Part shown: positions 17,711 through 25,842 of the stretch, piece after piece
How the letters are laid out: each line of letters begins with the position of its first letter
Numbering within the stretch: the stretch's first letter is position 1
Translations under genes and position numbers: made by a program
Assembly: GCA_964404795.1 (NCBI GenBank)
Contig: CAYOLI010000004.1
Coordinates: 29,985 to 93,984 of the forward strand
Source of the DNA: an uncultured Candidatus Saccharibacteria bacterium
GTDB lineage: Bacteria > Patescibacteriota > Saccharimonadia > Saccharimonadales > 2-12-FULL-41-12
Length of the DNA: 64,000 bases
Direction: 5' to 3'
The notes under the pieces: model-generated
What the model was told of the DNA's origin: nothing
The model's input: the letters and a program-made list of their open reading frames with translations, nothing else
Databases searched by the model: none

Positions 17711-20063
17711 TCTTCCACTTCCAATACGAGGGGTGGGGCATAGGAAAGCAAACAAAAGAGGCCTATTTATCGTAATAGAGGGAATTGACGGGTCGGGTAA
17801 GGCAACTCAGGCAAAACTACTTCATAAAAAGTTGGTGGACGAAGGATACGACGTGGCTGAGTTTAGTTTCCCACAGTATGACTTAGAATCTAGTTATTTT
17901 GTTAAACAATATTTGAACGGAAAATATGGAGGCGCTTCGGAGGTGGGTCCATACACTGGATCGCTTTTTTATGCACTTGATAGATTTGAAGCGTCGATGG
18001 AAATTCGTAATGCTATCGAAGACGGCAAAATTGTTATAGCGGATCGCTACACAGGTTCAAACATGGCCCATCAAGGTACTAAATTTGACAATGTCGAAGA
18101 GAGAAAAGGATATTTTTTATGGCTGGATCAATTAGAATTTGACATGTTGAAAATTCCTCGCCCTGACTTTTCTTTTGTTTTAAGTATCCCAGCAGAAATT
18201 GCGCAAAAACAGGTCAGCGGAAAAAGTAAGCGAAATTATACAAACAAAAAGTATGATCTTCATGAACAAGATTTGACCCATCTAAAAAGGTCTGCCGAGG
18301 TCTATGGCAATATGTGTCAGTTGTTTCCCAAGGATTTCAAACTCGTAGATTGTGCGCGTAATGGGGATATTATGTCTATTGAGGCAATACATGACCTGCT
18401 CTTAGAAGATATTAGACCGCTCTTGCCTGTAAAGGCCAAACATGGGTCTACCGCCTCAATTCATCAAGTGGCACAAAACCCCTACTTGAAACGTAAAGAA
18501 GACGGCGGGCTAGAAATTACAGATAGTGGTAAAAACTTTTTGGAAAAAATAGTTACCAATGTGGACGGTGATGTCTATAGCTTTTCCGATAAATTATCGC
18601 CACTCACAATTGCTGCTGCTATGGCCAGACTAAGTCGTAGAGGCGATGATATGAGAGTTACAATTCTTGACGAATTCACTCTTGCCATGGGTAAGGACGA
18701 GGATTTATTGAAGCGTGTTATTACCGCGTTCGGCGATGACTCGGTCCAACAGTTGGTTTCTCAGCATATAGTTGTTGAAAACGCAAGTAATCTATTAACA
18801 AAGAAACTTGAGTGGGGCAGGTTGGCAGCGTACCTAGAACAATCTACTAGATATATATACTATGATGAGAAAAATTCAAGTGATAAATATAAATATTACA
18901 CGCCGGCTATCCTCGATGTTAAGACTCGAGATACGTACAACCGAGTAATGGACCAAATTTTCGAGCTTTATTCTCATATGGTCAAAACTATGACTGCGTT
19001 TATAGGTACAACCTCTAGCACTCCTAAAAAGGAAAGAGATTCAGCTTGGCGAATTGCTGTAAAAGCCCAAGCATGTGACTCTGTTAGAGGTGTATTGCCA
19101 GTGGCCACCCAAGCTACGGTTGGTATTTTTGGGTCCGGACAAGCAATCGAAAGTTTAATAATGCATTTATTAAGTGATGAATTGCCAGAGGCAAAAGAAA
19201 CGGGTCAAAAAATTTTGGGCGAAGCTAGAAAAAATATATCTGTTTTTCTAGAAAGAGCAGATCGACCAGACCGTGGTGGCGCAACGATCGCTTATATGGC
19301 ACAGACGAAACACGATGTTGCACGACTGGCGGACAAATACTTAAATGAAAGTTATAGTTCTGATCAAGAACCAGTAGCGCTCGTGAGTTATTGGCCAAAA
19401 AACGAATTAGATATCATTGCTGATATTTTGTATGAACATAGTAACTCTTCTCTGAAAGAAATTAGAAAGGAGGTAGAAAAATGGAGCTACAAAAGGAAAA
19501 CTGCGATATTTCATAACTTCTTTGGTGAACGACTAAATCGTAGGCACAAGCCAGGGAGAGCTTTAGAGAAGATTCACTACAGCTGGGATTTGTTGTGTGA
19601 TTACGGGATATTTAGAGACTTACAGAGGCACCGAATAGTAGATGACCTGAACTGGCAGCAATTATCGCCAAGGTATGGTTATGAAATGCCTCCGATTATC
19701 GAGAAAGCTGGACTAGCAGAGGCCTACGAGACTTGTTTTGATCTAAGTTTGAATTTATACAGCAAGCTACAATCCAGTGGATACGCTCTTGAATCACAGT
19801 ATGTTACATTGCTTGGTCATCGTATGCGTTGGAAAACAACATTTAATGCTCGAGAGGCACTTCATTTGATAGAGTTAAGAACAAGCCCTCAAGGTCATCC
19901 AGGATATCGTAAACTGGCCAAATTAATGTATGAAAAAATTGCCGAGGTTCATCCGTTGGTTGCCGAAGCAATGCAATTTGTAGATAAAGATGAGGACCCA
20001 GAGTTAACCCGCTTGGCAGCAGAAAGATATACAAAGTTCAAGCTGTCACAGATAAATAGTTGA
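17703..20063 (+). CDS. Fusion protein: thymidylate kinase (N-terminus) plus tandem ThyX-like FAD-dependent thymidylate synthase domains
   Basis: N-terminus FIVIEGIDGSGKATQ (Tmk P-loop) and DRYTGSNMAHQG. The C-terminal ~530 aa hold two ThyX-like halves: a degenerate WGRLAAYLEQSTRY and a canonical LQRHRIVDDLNWQQLSPRY (RHR...S.RY signature). Confidence 0.75.
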   Translation: MTDLPLPIRGVGHRKANKRGLFIVIEGIDGSGKATQAKLLHKKLVDEGYDVAEFSFPQYDLESSYFVKQYLNGKYGGASEVGPYTGSLFYALDRFEASMEIRNAIEDGKIVIADRYTGSNMAHQGTKFDNVEERKGYFLWLDQLEFDMLKIPRPDFSFVLSIPAEIAQKQVSGKSKRNYTNKKYDLHEQDLTHLKRSAEVYGNMCQLFPKDFKLVDCARNGDIMSIEAIHDLLLEDIRPLLPVKAKHGSTASIHQVAQNPYLKRKEDGGLEITDSGKNFLEKIVTNVDGDVYSFSDKLSPLTIAAAMARLSRRGDDMRVTILDEFTLAMGKDEDLLKRVITAFGDDSVQQLVSQHIVVENASNLLTKKLEWGRLAAYLEQSTRYIYYDEKNSSDKYKYYTPAILDVKTRDTYNRVMDQIFELYSHMVKTMTAFIGTTSSTPKKERDSAWRIAVKAQACDSVRGVLPVATQATVGIFGSGQAIESLIMHLLSDELPEAKETGQKILGEARKNISVFLERADRPDRGGATIAYMAQTKHDVARLADKYLNESYSSDQEPVALVSYWPKNELDIIADILYEHSNSSLKEIRKEVEKWSYKRKTAIFHNFFGERLNRRHKPGRALEKIHYSWDLLCDYGIFRDLQRHRIVDDLNWQQLSPRYGYEMPPIIEKAGLAEAYETCFDLSLNLYSKLQSSGYALESQYVTLLGHRMRWKTTFNAREALHLIELRTSPQGHPGYRKLAKLMYEKIAEVHPLVAEAMQFVDKDEDPELTRLAAERYTKFKLSQINS

Positions 20064-20088
20064 CAGTCGGTTATTTAAGGCGTAGAAT
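20060..20088 (+). promoter_or_regulatory. Near-consensus sigma-70 promoter TTGACA-17-TAGAAT
   Basis: TTGACA 20060..20065 (overlaps the TGA stop of tmk-thyX), exact 17-nt spacer, TAGAAT 20083..20088. Confidence 0.6.
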
Positions 20089-20094
20089 CTGTTT

Positions 20095-20210
20095 TGTGCG
20101 TAATACATTAGAATTTACTGTGCGCAATCTCAACGAATTCCGATTTTACTCGGTTCGTTGATAAGCTAGTAATTCAGGGAGAAAACGAACCGAGGAATCT
20201 CGGTTTTTTT
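20095..20210 (+). ncRNA. Candidate cis-regulatory leader (attenuator/riboswitch-like) or small RNA of about 115 nt
   Basis: Bounded by the promoter and an intrinsic terminator. Hairpin 20131..20160 is 11 bp. Its 3' arm, CTCGGTTCGTT (20149..20159), is perfectly complementary to AACGAACCGAG (20184..20194), which is the 5' arm of the terminator. Confidence 0.45.
20186..20210 (+). terminator. Rho-independent terminator
   Basis: AACCGAG-GAAT-CTCGGTT followed by a 7-T run ending 6 nt before the ATG at 20217. Confidence 0.7.
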
Positions 20211-20216
20211 AATTAG

Positions 20217-21197
20217 ATGATAGACGAATCCAAATACGAGAAATACACTAGTTCAACACCTGAAACGTATGGTTACCCAGATATAAATTTGGGCATCCCG
20301 GTAATTAAGCAATTTGAAGAAATTCAAAACGAAGTACGCTCTAAGCTTAGATACAAAGGTCATGCGCCGCAGGGTGAGTACGATCAACGCACCCCCACTG
20401 ATTGTATCGGGTTTACTAATTTGACTTCCGAACTTTTGGATCAAAACGATTTAAAGCACAAAGTAAGTTTTATTAATGGCCATGCGATGATAACTACCTT
20501 ACTAGATAATGGCGAACAGTATGAGCTATGGATGTTTGATTCTTTAGCCCCAAGACTTAATCAGAATGTTACGAATTCATTTGTGCCGTTATTTATAACA
20601 GATAACGCTAGAGAATTTGCATTTGTGTTTCCTAATTACATGTCTACAAATCATGATGCTGATCGGGTTAGTCCAGCTGAGAAGTATCCATGGCTGACTT
20701 TAGAAAAAACCGGTATAGTGTGCCCGGACGCCGCTTATTCTAATGGGTTTAGCAAACGCTTGATAGCAACGATGTACGACCCAAAGCATGGTAGAAATGT
20801 GTTGTCGCATTACAGTCAATATTTAGAGGCGATAGACCGCCAAGATATAGATCAAATAGCTCAATCCGTTATATCAATGAATGGAGTTTTTCCGGATATA
20901 GATATCAGGACCGATAATCCTGCGGTGATCCTTAAAACTGTCAAGGAGTTGACTAGAAACGATAATATAGAAAGTGCAGTTGCAGTAATCGATTCATTTT
21001 ATGATAGTTTTGGCCCCAGTAAAGACAGTAGAGTTACGGAATATAGAGCAGATTGCTATAGGGCGATAGCTAAAATTACCGGACAAAGCAAGTTTGCAAA
21101 AGTTGCGGTACGATTTTATGAGGAAACTATGTCGCGCTCAAAAGTTTCATTACCTTCTGTTTCTTCAAAACTAGCCATATCTAAGAACTTGGTATAG
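20217..21197 (+). CDS. Hypothetical protein with an N-terminal transglutaminase-like (papain-fold Cys-His-Asp) core
   Basis: TDCIGFTNLTSELL...FINGHAMITTLL...ELWMFDS follows the order and spacing of the TGase-like C, H, D motifs. The C-terminal half is helical and unassigned. Confidence 0.5.
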   Translation: MIDESKYEKYTSSTPETYGYPDINLGIPVIKQFEEIQNEVRSKLRYKGHAPQGEYDQRTPTDCIGFTNLTSELLDQNDLKHKVSFINGHAMITTLLDNGEQYELWMFDSLAPRLNQNVTNSFVPLFITDNAREFAFVFPNYMSTNHDADRVSPAEKYPWLTLEKTGIVCPDAAYSNGFSKRLIATMYDPKHGRNVLSHYSQYLEAIDRQDIDQIAQSVISMNGVFPDIDIRTDNPAVILKTVKELTRNDNIESAVAVIDSFYDSFGPSKDSRVTEYRADCYRAIAKITGQSKFAKVAVRFYEETMSRSKVSLPSVSSKLAISKNLV

Positions 21198-21200
21198 TGG

Positions 21201-21229
21201 TTGAATCTATGCAAAATTACTGCTATAAT
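21201..21229 (+). promoter_or_regulatory. Sigma-70-like promoter TTGAAT-17-TATAAT for the rplJL operon
   Basis: TTGAAT 21201..21206, 17-nt spacer, TATAAT 21224..21229. Confidence 0.6.
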
Positions 21230-21235
21230 TGACAT

Positions 21236-21379
21236 CGAAGTGCTGAAGACAGTAGCGGTTCGATACGAGCTATAAGAAGCTACCTAGGTAGACAACTATG
21301 TTGAGGTCGAAATCTTTGGTGAGTCCAAAGATTTTTTATGTACTTCTGGTCGATATATTTTAAATAAAGAAAGAACTTC
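21236..21379 (+). promoter_or_regulatory. rplJ (L10) leader with a terminator-like hairpin
   Basis: About 145-nt 5' UTR. 10-bp hairpin AAATCTTTGG-TGAGT-CCAAAGATTT (21310..21334) plus a T-run. Perfect 12-nt palindrome CTACCTAGGTAG at 21280..21291. The position matches known L10-leader autoregulatory elements. Confidence 0.5.
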
Positions 21380-21910
21380 ATGGCACTAACAAGGTTAGAA
21401 AAAGAACAAGCAGTTGCTGACCTGCAAACATTGCTGGGCGCATCTAAGTTGACGGTTGTAGTCAACTATCACGGCGCTACAGTGAAACAATTACAAGAAT
21501 TGCGAATAGAAGCGAAGACAAGCAATACAACTATTAAGATTGCAAAAAATCGATTGGTTAAACAGGCGATTAACGGCACTGATCAGTTGAAGGGGACCGA
21601 TACTGGAGCCCTAACTAGCCAATTGCTTTACGCTTTCAATGATATGGATGAGGTCTCTCCAGCCAAAGTAATAGCTAGTTTTAAAAAGAAAACTGGAAAA
21701 ATGGAATTTGTGGGTGCGATAACAGCCGACGGAGAATTTATAGATGCAGAAAGTGTAAGAATATTGTCCGAATTGCCTGGTGTTGAACAACTGAGGTCGC
21801 AGCTGGTAAGTACTATAGCTGCTCCTCTAAGTGGTTTTGTAAATGTGATGGCTGGTAACGTAAGAGGATTATTAAATGTCCTAAACGCTAGGGCAAAAGT
21901 AACAGAATAA
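21380..21910 (+). CDS. rplJ: 50S ribosomal protein L10
   Basis: 176 aa with an L10-like N-terminus (K.Q.V..L...L...K..VV.NY.G.TV.QL..LR). Immediately upstream of rplL. Confidence 0.9.
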   Translation: MALTRLEKEQAVADLQTLLGASKLTVVVNYHGATVKQLQELRIEAKTSNTTIKIAKNRLVKQAINGTDQLKGTDTGALTSQLLYAFNDMDEVSPAKVIASFKKKTGKMEFVGAITADGEFIDAESVRILSELPGVEQLRSQLVSTIAAPLSGFVNVMAGNVRGLLNVLNARAKVTE

Positions 21911-21924
21911 ATAAGGAGATAATT

Positions 21925-22335
21925 ATGACAGATAAAGAAAAAATTGATATTCCTAAAGAATTTGAATCAATTGTTAAAGAATTAGACAAACTAAGTGCTT
22001 TGGACTTGAGTAAGTTTGTAAAATTTTTAGAAGAATATTGGGGCGTAAGTGCAGCTGCGCCTGCAGTAGCGCTTGCTCCTGTAGGTGGAGCAGGTGCTGA
22101 AGAGGGACCGAAAGAAGATGCAAAAAGTGAATTTGACATAACTCTAAAAGAGACAGGCGCACAAAAGGTAGCCGTAATTAAGGCAGTCAAAGACATCACA
22201 GGTCTTGGATTGGGAGAAGCAAAGGCCTTGGTAGATGGGGCACCGAAGGTAATCAAGGAAAAAGTTCCAAAGGAAGAAGCAGAAACTGCTAAAAAGACAT
22301 TAGAAGACGCAGGTGCGACTGTAGAACTATCATAA
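21925..22335 (+). CDS. rplL: 50S ribosomal protein L7/L12
   Basis: Ala-rich hinge, then [28 protein letters not shown]...[26 protein letters not shown]. Confidence 0.95.
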   Translation: MTDKEKIDIPKEFESIVKELDKLSALDLSKFVKFLEEYWGVSAAAPAVALAPVGGAGAEEGPKEDAKSEFDITLKETGAQKVAVIKAVKDITGLGLGEAKALVDGAPKVIKEKVPKEEAETAKKTLEDAGATVELS

Positions 22336-22340
22336 ATAAT

Positions 22341-22361
22341 TTTTTCCACAGGAAAAATTTT
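22341..22361 (+). terminator. Weak AT-rich terminator hairpin after rplL
   Basis: TTTTTCC-ACA-GGAAAAA followed by TTTT. Only 2 G-C pairs. Confidence 0.35.
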
Positions 22362-22440
22362 GACCATTTAAGCTTTACATGGTAGTGTACGCGTGTAGGG
22401 TCTGTTTGATAATAAAAACGGAGTTACTAAGAGGAAACAA

Positions 22441-22950
22441 ATGACAGATATCCCCGATAAACAAATAAAACGACTGAGAACATTGATATCCGAAGCGGAA
22501 ACATCACTGGCAGCTGCAAAAGAGCTGATATTGAGTTTGCTGGGTGATGATCCAACAGCAACTAGGATTGTCAAAGATGAAAACATCGGCAAGATTATCG
22601 AAGGTGTATTTGATGGTCAAAACATGGTCGGTAGTGATAGCAAGACTTATCCAGTGCCTGCAAACTATGCTAGTAAATCAAAGTTAGTTCAGGGCGACAT
22701 TTTGAAGCTAACTATCGCCGACGATGGAACTTTTTTGTACAAACAAATTGGTCCAATCCCACGAAAACAACTTGTAGGGTCATTAGAACTCGAAGATGGA
22801 CACTATTTTGTTTTAGTTGGTGACAAAAAGTATAGGGTGCTACTAGCTAGCGTGACTTATTTCAAAGCAAAACCCGGCGACCAAGTGAGTGTAAATATTC
22901 CCGAAGAAGATTCTGCCGCCGAGTGGGCCGCACTAGAAGCTGCACTGTAG
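22441..22950 (+). CDS. Hypothetical protein (occupies the position where rpoB usually follows rplL)
   Basis: 169-aa ORF with an AAGAGG SD. N-terminal helix plus a beta-rich C-terminal half. No motif recognised. Confidence 0.55.
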   Translation: MTDIPDKQIKRLRTLISEAETSLAAAKELILSLLGDDPTATRIVKDENIGKIIEGVFDGQNMVGSDSKTYPVPANYASKSKLVQGDILKLTIADDGTFLYKQIGPIPRKQLVGSLELEDGHYFVLVGDKKYRVLLASVTYFKAKPGDQVSVNIPEEDSAAEWAALEAAL

Positions 22951-23012
22951 TTTTAATCATGTAATTAATACAATCGAATTTTTAACTAAGCCACTATATA
23001 CTATATATTGCT

Positions 23013-24428
23013 ATGGGTAAGGCATTATATCGTTTGTATCGATCTAAAAGCTTCGATGAGTTGGTCGGGCAAGAACACATAACCTCAACTTTGATCAGTT
23101 CTGTTAAAACGGGTAAAATCGTGCATGCATATTTATTTACTGGTCCAAGGGGCGTAGGCAAAACTTCTGTGGCTCGAATCTTTGCACATCAGGTAAACAA
23201 TATAGAATATGGTGATTCTGCGGGGTTGATTGATATTATCGAAATTGATGCTGCGAGTAATCGCCGGATCGACGAGATCAGAGAACTACGAGACAAAGTG
23301 CAGATAGCCCCTGTTAATTTGAAATACAAAGTTTATATTATAGACGAAGTGCACATGCTTACCAAAGAAGCATTCAATGCCTTATTAAAAACCTTAGAGG
23401 AACCACCTTCTCACGTTATATTTATTTTGGCAACCACCGAATTTCATAAACTGCCAGAAACAATTGTCAGCAGATGCGTTCATTTTAGTTTTAGACCGCT
23501 ATCAATTCCCGAAACAATCAAACAGCTTAATATGATTGCAAAAAATGAAAAAATTAATATCGAATCAGAAGCGATAGAGTTAATTGCAGTACACGGTGGG
23601 GGTAGTTTTAGGGATAGTATTTCTTTTTTGGATCAGATCAGACATATTGAAGGAGTTATAAAAATAAAAGACGTTGAGGAAGCATTAGGGTTAGCGCCGG
23701 TCGAGTCATTAAAAAGAATAATTTCTTCAATTTCCGAAAAAGATACAGCTAGCGTCATAAAAAACGTAAATGCCTTACTTTTGCAAGGACTAAGCCCAGA
23801 AGGAATAGCCCAACAGATCTCTGCCGAATACCGAGAACTACTGGTAAAGTCGCTAGTTAATCAGTCAATTATAAAATTGCTGAGGCAGTTGCTGAAAGTG
23901 TCAGCGAGCTCTGATGCAAGAATGGAATTAGAGCTAGCGTTGGTCGAGGCATCATTGGACAGCCGTAATTTGCCTTTCGAGAACGCTGAAAATAACAATT
24001 CTGGTTTGCCCTCTAAGACGGAGTTGGGAAAAAAGTTGGCGCAAACGAGGAATCCCGATGAGACAAAAAAAGGCAATTTATCAGATGAAAATCAATCCGA
24101 TCCAACTATTCTTTGGCCAAGAGTCCTTGATGCTTTAAAAGAAAAGAACCGTACTTTATATGGAATATCAAGAATGGCTGAAGTACGTGTTGAAGGTAAT
24201 GTTTTGCTATTGGACTTTAATTTTGCATTTCACTATCGCCAAATGGATAGCCAAAAAAATAAACAATTATTAAGAAAAATTATCGATCAACATAGTGCAT
24301 CTATAGATACCATAACAGTTAGACATATCCCAAAAAGTAGAATTTCAAAAGAATCAACATCGGACGACCTAAGTACAATAAATAGCGTTACCAATATTTT
24401 TGGAACAAGTGAAGTGTTAGAATCATAG
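23013..24428 (+). CDS. dnaX: DNA polymerase III subunit gamma/tau
   Basis: GQEHI...LFTGPRGVGKTS (Walker A), IIDEVHMLT (Walker B), NALLKTLEEPP, and the SRC motif (VSRCVHF). Confidence 0.92.
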   Translation: MGKALYRLYRSKSFDELVGQEHITSTLISSVKTGKIVHAYLFTGPRGVGKTSVARIFAHQVNNIEYGDSAGLIDIIEIDAASNRRIDEIRELRDKVQIAPVNLKYKVYIIDEVHMLTKEAFNALLKTLEEPPSHVIFILATTEFHKLPETIVSRCVHFSFRPLSIPETIKQLNMIAKNEKINIESEAIELIAVHGGGSFRDSISFLDQIRHIEGVIKIKDVEEALGLAPVESLKRIISSISEKDTASVIKNVNALLLQGLSPEGIAQQISAEYRELLVKSLVNQSIIKLLRQLLKVSASSDARMELELALVEASLDSRNLPFENAENNNSGLPSKTELGKKLAQTRNPDETKKGNLSDENQSDPTILWPRVLDALKEKNRTLYGISRMAEVRVEGNVLLLDFNFAFHYRQMDSQKNKQLLRKIIDQHSASIDTITVRHIPKSRISKESTSDDLSTINSVTNIFGTSEVLES

Positions 24429-24451
24429 TACCATTAAACCTGGAGAATAAA

Positions 24452-25816
24452 TTGGATAATTCGTCTGCGAAATTACCCCCTCAAAACATAGAAGCCGAAG
24501 CGAGTTTATTAGGATCTATTTTGATTGACCCTGATGCAATAGTTAAAATTGCTGATATTGTAAAAGCAGACGATTTTTATGATAAAAGACATGGATTGAT
24601 TTACGCTGCTGCCAAAAGATTATATGACAAGCGTAGACCAATTGACGTTTTGACATTGGCCGATGAGCTAAAAAGTACTGTAAACCTAGAAGAAATAGGT
24701 GGAGCATCCTATTTAAGCGAATTGACAAACTTTGTGCCTTCTGCGGCTCATGCACTTTCGTACGCAACAATTGTTTCGGATAAAGCAATGCGTCGTCGAT
24801 TAATTAAAGCCAGCCAGAGCATAGTTGAATTAGGATACGGCGAAGAAGCACCTATTTCTAATATCATAGAGCAAGCAGAGTCGAAATTGTTCGATGTAAG
24901 TCAAGCACGTACAAAGCAAAACATAGTTAGTTTAGAAGAGGTATTAACAGAGAGTTTTGAAAGACTCGATGAACTGCATAAAGATAGTGGTGCTATCCGA
25001 GGAGTCCCCACAGGATATAAGGACCTAGACAATATATTAGCTGGATTACAAAGAAGCGATTTGATTGTTCTAGCCGCCAGACCAAGCATGGGAAAAACAG
25101 CGCTGGCCCTAAATCTTGCTCATAATGTGGCAGTAAAATCTGCCCAACCAGTTTTGTTTTTTAGTCTCGAGATGAGCAAAGAGCAACTTGTTGATAGGTT
25201 GCTGGCAGCCGAAGCGGGAGTTGACGCATGGAACCTCAGAACAGGGAATTTGAGTGATTCTGATTTTGAAAAAATTGGTCAAGCAATGGGTGTCTTAAGT
25301 GAAGCTCAAATATATATAGATGACACTCCAGGCATTACTGTTAGTGATCTTCGCACCAAAGCTAGAAGGGAGGCACACTTGAGGCCTATAGGACTACTGA
25401 TTGTTGATTACCTACAACTTATGAGCGGTGGCGATGGTGTTTCAAGAAACGATTTTGGTAATCGAGTCCAAGAGATATCTGAGATATCACGAGGGTTAAA
25501 GGGTATTGCGAGAGAACTAAATATTCCTGTACTTGCTTTGAGCCAACTTAGCCGTTCTGTGGAAAGCCGAAATCCCCAGATTCCACAACTCGCGGACTTA
25601 AGGGAGTCCGGCTCTATTGAGCAAGACGCTGATGTAGTAGCTTTTTTATATAGAGAAGATTACTATAATCCTGAGACAGACAGACGGAATATAACGGACG
25701 TATTTATAAAAAAACATAGAAACGGACCGACAGGAGCAATAGAGCTTTATTTCGACAAAGAAAAACAGCGGCTCCGCAGCTTGGATAGTAAGCACACTAC
25801 CCCATTTGATAATTAG
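24452..25816 (+). CDS. dnaB: Replicative DNA helicase DnaB
   Basis: PPQNIEAEASLLGSIL N-terminus, ARPSMGKTALALN Walker A, LIVDYLQLM, SQLSRSVE, and RESGSIEQDADVV. Confidence 0.95.
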   Translation: MDNSSAKLPPQNIEAEASLLGSILIDPDAIVKIADIVKADDFYDKRHGLIYAAAKRLYDKRRPIDVLTLADELKSTVNLEEIGGASYLSELTNFVPSAAHALSYATIVSDKAMRRRLIKASQSIVELGYGEEAPISNIIEQAESKLFDVSQARTKQNIVSLEEVLTESFERLDELHKDSGAIRGVPTGYKDLDNILAGLQRSDLIVLAARPSMGKTALALNLAHNVAVKSAQPVLFFSLEMSKEQLVDRLLAAEAGVDAWNLRTGNLSDSDFEKIGQAMGVLSEAQIYIDDTPGITVSDLRTKARREAHLRPIGLLIVDYLQLMSGGDGVSRNDFGNRVQEISEISRGLKGIARELNIPVLALSQLSRSVESRNPQIPQLADLRESGSIEQDADVVAFLYREDYYNPETDRRNITDVFIKKHRNGPTGAIELYFDKEKQRLRSLDSKHTTPFDN

Positions 25817-25842
25817 AATGATACAATAACCACTAGTAAATT

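Noticed and set aside
20061-20063. Possibility of an alternative genetic code (UGA recoded, as in some CPR lineages)
   Set aside because: TGA functions as a normal stop (for example tmk-thyX at 20061..20063 and cyoA), and conserved proteins end at expected lengths. All conserved genes are intact under the standard bacterial code.
21888-22367. 159-aa minus-strand ORF rich in Ala/Ser/Pro
   Set aside because: It is antisense to rplL. It arises from the GC-rich Ala-codon hinge of L7/L12 read backwards.
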